DNA of 63,831 bases, counting the filler, from a bacterium (GTDB lineage: Bacteria; UBP15; UBA6099; JAJRTR01): the NCBI GenBank assembly GCA_024278215.1. It is 5 parts of 5 records of this genome, joined end to end, with 100 filler letters (N's around TTAATTAATTAA, not from the genome) between each part and the next. Parts side by side here need not be neighbours in the genome. Positions count along the whole stretch, not along the records: positions 44,514 to 63,831 come from JAJRTR010000061.1; 4 more parts are not named here. The stretch is one strand, 5' to 3'. Position 1 is the first letter of the stretch, and every line of letters starts with the position of its first letter. The notes under the pieces are model-generated. The model had not been told where the DNA came from. It saw only the letters and a program-made list of their open reading frames with translations, and searched no databases. Position numbers and translations under genes: made by a program. Positions 60,129 to 63,831 of the stretch are shown piece after piece.

Positions 60129-63100
60129 TTATCTGGTGATCCTGAATTTCCTTGCTGTAATAGTGCCGCGTACGGCACCGCCCGCACCGGCTGATTCGAT
60201 GAAGTCGTCGATCAGTGTGAAATCTATCCCTTCTGTGAATTGCGTGCCCTGAACCGTGACGATGTCGGGTTCGTGCGAGACCGGGTACATGCCGCATTTG
60301 TCGACTTCTTCGTCGCATATATAGGAGTCGCCGTTGCAGTCTGTGCCTGCAACCACGTAGTGCTCGCCCGCCTCGACCTCGAACATGCTGTATGCGCCGC
60401 CCTCCGCGCCGAGCTGCGTCTGTGACACTGTGTCGCAAGTATCCGATGTGCATGTGTCGGGCGCGATGGCGAGGATATAAATTTCGTCGTTATCACAAGT
60501 CGCGGGCGGCTGTGAGCCTTCTACCCGCATCGCAACCTGTATGGTCGCGTTGCCGCCGTTGGACGTGATGTCGATTGTGCCTGTGTACGAGCCCGCGTCG
60601 AGCCCGCTCCTGTTTACATTTACTGTGAGTATGAAATTGTCGCCGCTCGATGTGTAGGAAGTCGACATCCAGTTGCCGCCGCTGTTCTCCGTGTTGGTGA
60701 TACTATTTATAACGAGGTCGCCGCCGCCCGTGTTGGTGATAGTCACCTGCATGGAGATGCTCGAAGCGCTGAAGTCGAGGGAAGTCGCTGAAAGCTGCAA
60801 GGCGGGGTCCTGAGGCTGCGAGCCGTCGCCCAGTTCGATAGCGGCCCGGACAGCCGCGTAGGCGTTGATGAGGCCCGCGCCGTACTGGTTGTCTGTGCCT
60901 GCCGCGCCGAGGTCGGTTGCGGTCTGCTCGAGTATGGATACGAGCTGGTCGGGCGTGATGTCCGGGTTTGCGGCTTTCACGAGCGCCGCGACGCCCGCCG
61001 CATGCGGTGTCGCCATCGATGTGCCGTCATAATAGGCATAACCCGTATCGTTGTTATTGACATCGTCGCGGATGGTGCTGAGGATGCCGTCGGCCTGGCT
61101 GCCGCCCATCGAGTCGCCGCCCGGGGCCATTATGTCGAGTCCGGGGCCCGCGTTCGAGTAGCTGGTCTTCACGCTGTTTCTGTCCACCGCTCCGACCGCC
61201 ACCGCGTGGTTGCAGATAGCGAGCGGGTTGAGAGCGTTGTTGCTGGATTCGTTGCCCGAAGCGACGAACACAGTGACGCCCGCGGCATAGAGTTGATCGA
61301 AGAGATCGTTATACTGCGCCGGGCAGCTTTCTCCGGGTTCGCCGCCGAGGCTGATGTTGATGATGTCGGCGCGGCGCTGGGGCAGGGTGCCGGAATCGTT
61401 AGGCAATCCGCCCGCGTAGAGCATTCCCTGCATGATGTCGTAGTCTGTGCCGTAGCCCGCGCCGAGCACGCGCACCGGCATGATGGACACGTTCCAGTTT
61501 ATGCCCGCCACTCCTTTGCCGTTATTGGTTTCAGCACCGATTGTTCCCGCGACATGTGTGCCGTGGTAGCCGTTGTGGTCGTAGCTCGTGACCGGTATTG
61601 CGCCGCTTGCACATCTCGAATCCGCGACATCTTCGGGGTCGCTGTCGATCCCGCCCGTACCGTCACATTCAATGTCCGTCTGACTTACAAAGTCGTAGCC
61701 CGCTATGAGATTGGCTTTAAGATCAGCATGATTCTTCACGATGCCCGTGTCGACTACCGCCACCACCACGTCCGACGATCCTGTCGTAAGTCCCCATGCC
61801 TGCGGGAGTTGTATCAGCGGATAATGCCACTGCTTGCCGTACTGCGGATCATTCGGTATCGTCTTTTTCCTGTGGATGCTGTTGAGCGACGCGTATTCAA
61901 CGCCGGGCAGTTCGTTAAGTCGCTCGCATTTGGCGACGGTATACTGCTTCGCTTCGTCCGCGTTCATGCCGGATATATTGCCTCTGAGCAACGCTATGCC
62001 GCTCTGGCTCTGCCTCGCCACCGTCAATCCGCTGTCGCCCGCGATTGCCGCCGCGTCGCTGCCGGGCCGGACTTTCACAAGCACTTCGCCGTTTATGTAA
62101 TTTGCTGATTCGCAATAAGATATCCGCGCGCTCTTATTGCCGTAGCGCACACGTCTGCCCGTGTCGCGGAGCGGCATCGGGCGGATCATCACCGGCGCGG
62201 CGAGCATGTTCGCCGACCTCGTCGGTCCCGCCGCTCTGGATGTCGCCGCCGCCGGGAGGTCCACCGTTCCTTTTATGCCGCCCTGCGAGGCCGTCGAGCC
62301 GAAGCTGTCGATCCCCAGCGTCTTCGTATCCGTACCGCCGCGTACGTCTGTGACTGTGAGTGTGACGGAGTATTCACCCGGCGCGTCGGCATAGAATTTA
62401 TACTTCTTATCATTGACCTTCTTCAACCTGCCGCCATCGCTCGAAAAACTGTACGTAAGCGTATCGCCGTCGGGATCGCTCGCCGAGGCGTTCAGGAGCG
62501 AATAGTCGTTTCCAGTGAGTACAACGGATTTAGATTTTGTGAAGCTCGTGATCGACGGCTCGCTGTTGGCCGCATCGTCGACGCTTACGGGCGTATCGGT
62601 GTTGTCGACAACATCTTCGTCCACTCTGCATCCGGGTGTGTAGGTGCCGGGTTCCATATAGAAGCAGGTTCCCGTGTTGCCGCTATCGACGATGAACCAG
62701 TAGTCCGAGTCGTCGCAGCGGACTTCGAGCCAGCTGTATGTGCCGCCCGACACAGCGCACGTCACCACATATTCGTCGTCTACAGTTCCCGACGTCGGCG
62801 ACACGGAAACGACGACCGTAAGGGGCGTGGGTTCGCCGACCGTCACCGGCGCGTCAACATTATCTATGGACATCCGGTTTATCCTGCAACCCGGTGTGTA
62901 TGAGCCTGCCGCGGAGTATTCGCACGCTTTTGTCCCGTTGCTGAGAAGCGACCACGAATCCGAAGTGCGGCAGCGGCCTTCCATCGAGTTGTAGCTCGTG
63001 TTTGTCGTGCCGCATGTAAGTGTGTATGTATCGTTTATGGTGCCGGACGTCGGCGTGACCGATGCTGAAATGGAATAGGGAAGCGCGATATGCACCTGCT

Positions 63101-63749
63101 CCTGCATCGTCATTTTTACCGTTTCGTCGTTGTCGAGCTGTTGTACCGCCTCGGCGATAGTCGTGCAGGCGGAGAAGTTTATATTCCCGCCGGCCGCCGC
63201 AGTCTGCACCTTTGTATATGCCGCCGCGAGTTTATCAATGCTGAAAGATTCGAGGCTGTTCTGATCTTTCGTAAATGAATAAACGACATACTCGGAAATC
63301 GGGTTGACATCGAGCCCGGATGTGCCGGTCACGAAAGACCTTATCTTTCCGGCCTCCGTCGAAACCACAACCGCCATGTTCGATGTGATTGTAGAGGCAT
63401 TCGAGGGGAGCGTTATAACAAAGTTGCCGTTTACGATGTCGGCAGTTGCAATCGCCCGCCCCTTCAGATTCCCATTGTCGTCGAGGTAATAAAGTCCCGC
63501 AAGACCGTTTGCGATAGCGTCGAGGCCGCTGACCGCGGCAGTCGTTCGCGCACTCGCTTTTGCCGCGCTCGAGCCCGAAGGCACGCGCGCTGTGCCTGTG
63601 ATTCTCGTTGCCGTCTCGCCGGGCGACGGTGCCGGCGCAATACCGCCGGGCGACGTCGAGCCGCCACCACCGCCGCCGCATCCGTACAGCATCGTCGCCA
63701 GCAGCATCAGTACTGCCGGAAGTGTTAGTCCTTTTTTCGTCATTTTCAT
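60129..63749 (-). CDS. Multidomain S8 (subtilisin-family) serine protease lipoprotein
   Basis: Lipobox LYGC + poly-Gly; triad VAVVDTG, HGTHVAGT, GTSMATPH; PKD/Ig-like segments; GGAGG RBS before ATG 63749. Confidence 0.92.
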   Translation of the reverse strand: MKMTKKGLTLPAVLMLLATMLYGCGGGGGGSTSPGGIAPAPSPGETATRITGTARVPSGSSAAKASARTTAAVSGLDAIANGLAGLYYLDDNGNLKGRAIATADIVNGNFVITLPSNASTITSNMAVVVSTEAGKIRSFVTGTSGLDVNPISEYVVYSFTKDQNSLESFSIDKLAAAYTKVQTAAAGGNINFSACTTIAEAVQQLDNDETVKMTMQEQVHIALPYSISASVTPTSGTINDTYTLTCGTTNTSYNSMEGRCRTSDSWSLLSNGTKACEYSAAGSYTPGCRINRMSIDNVDAPVTVGEPTPLTVVVSVSPTSGTVDDEYVVTCAVSGGTYSWLEVRCDDSDYWFIVDSGNTGTCFYMEPGTYTPGCRVDEDVVDNTDTPVSVDDAANSEPSITSFTKSKSVVLTGNDYSLLNASASDPDGDTLTYSFSSDGGRLKKVNDKKYKFYADAPGEYSVTLTVTDVRGGTDTKTLGIDSFGSTASQGGIKGTVDLPAAATSRAAGPTRSANMLAAPVMIRPMPLRDTGRRVRYGNKSARISYCESANYINGEVLVKVRPGSDAAAIAGDSGLTVARQSQSGIALLRGNISGMNADEAKQYTVAKCERLNELPGVEYASLNSIHRKKTIPNDPQYGKQWHYPLIQLPQAWGLTTGSSDVVVAVVDTGIVKNHADLKANLIAGYDFVSQTDIECDGTGGIDSDPEDVADSRCASGAIPVTSYDHNGYHGTHVAGTIGAETNNGKGVAGINWNVSIMPVRVLGAGYGTDYDIMQGMLYAGGLPNDSGTLPQRRADIINISLGGEPGESCPAQYNDLFDQLYAAGVTVFVASGNESSNNALNPLAICNHAVAVGAVDRNSVKTSYSNAGPGLDIMAPGGDSMGGSQADGILSTIRDDVNNNDTGYAYYDGTSMATPHAAGVAALVKAANPDITPDQLVSILEQTATDLGAAGTDNQYGAGLINAYAAVRAAIELGDGSQPQDPALQLSATSLDFSASSISMQVTITNTGGGDLVINSITNTENSGGNWMSTSYTSSGDNFILTVNVNRSGLDAGSYTGTIDITSNGGNATIQVAMRVEGSQPPATCDNDEIYILAIAPDTCTSDTCDTVSQTQLGAEGGAYSMFEVEAGEHYVVAGTDCNGDSYICDEEVDKCGMYPVSHEPDIVTVQGTQFTEGIDFTLIDDFIESAGAGGAVRGTITARKFRITR

Positions 63750-63831
63750 CTCTGACCTCCGCTTTTTCAAGTGTTTTTTCATACGCAGAACCCGGGGGGG
63801 CTTAAAACTGCTGTTATTTATGGAAAGGATA

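Noticed and set aside
9832-62108. Long antisense or overlapping ORFs (9832-10773, 29137-30663, 50260-51456, 54373-55551, 55600-56625, 61002-62108)
   Set aside because: Shadows of well-supported genes in GC-rich DNA, with no recognisable motifs

Overview
The window is five contigs joined by 100-nt artificial spacers (N-run + TTAATTAATTAA + N-run), so gene neighbourhoods hold only within a contig. Contig 1 (1-6974): a TctC/Bug solute-binding protein and an HTH-gyrB-gyrA operon. Contig 2 (7075-18933): branched-chain ABC genes, hydantoinase-like gene, RuvX-like gene, comF, rfaE1/2, K+ channel, galK. Contig 3 (19034-31266): a tailed-phage fragment. It has C5 and N6 DNA methyltransferases, and an FGE/CLec core gene surrounded by five 105-nt cassettes with a DGR variable-repeat codon signature. 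It also has a ParB + Mom-like gene overlapping an atypical tRNA-Gly(TCC), and HK97-type head genes, two of which carry an in-frame TGA. Contig 4 (31367-44413): glycan/SGNH genes next to a nitrogenase-paralog system (twin radical SAM, NifH fused to a component-1-like domain, second component-1-like subunit). Contig 5 (44514-63831): AOR, an interrupted acyl-CoA ligase, a hybrid Bfu/Stn-Nfn electron-bifurcating cluster, nifU, ilvE, tRNA-His and an S8 lipoprotein protease. The host contigs share a 179-bp MITE with 4-bp target duplications and a ~29-bp palindrome; I did not see either in the phage contig. Best candidates for new biology are the Mom-like enzyme with its own glycyl-tRNA donor, the split CLec scaffold with a variable-cassette library, and the nitrogenase-paralog/radical SAM cluster. 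All family calls are motif recognition by eye; no searches were run.
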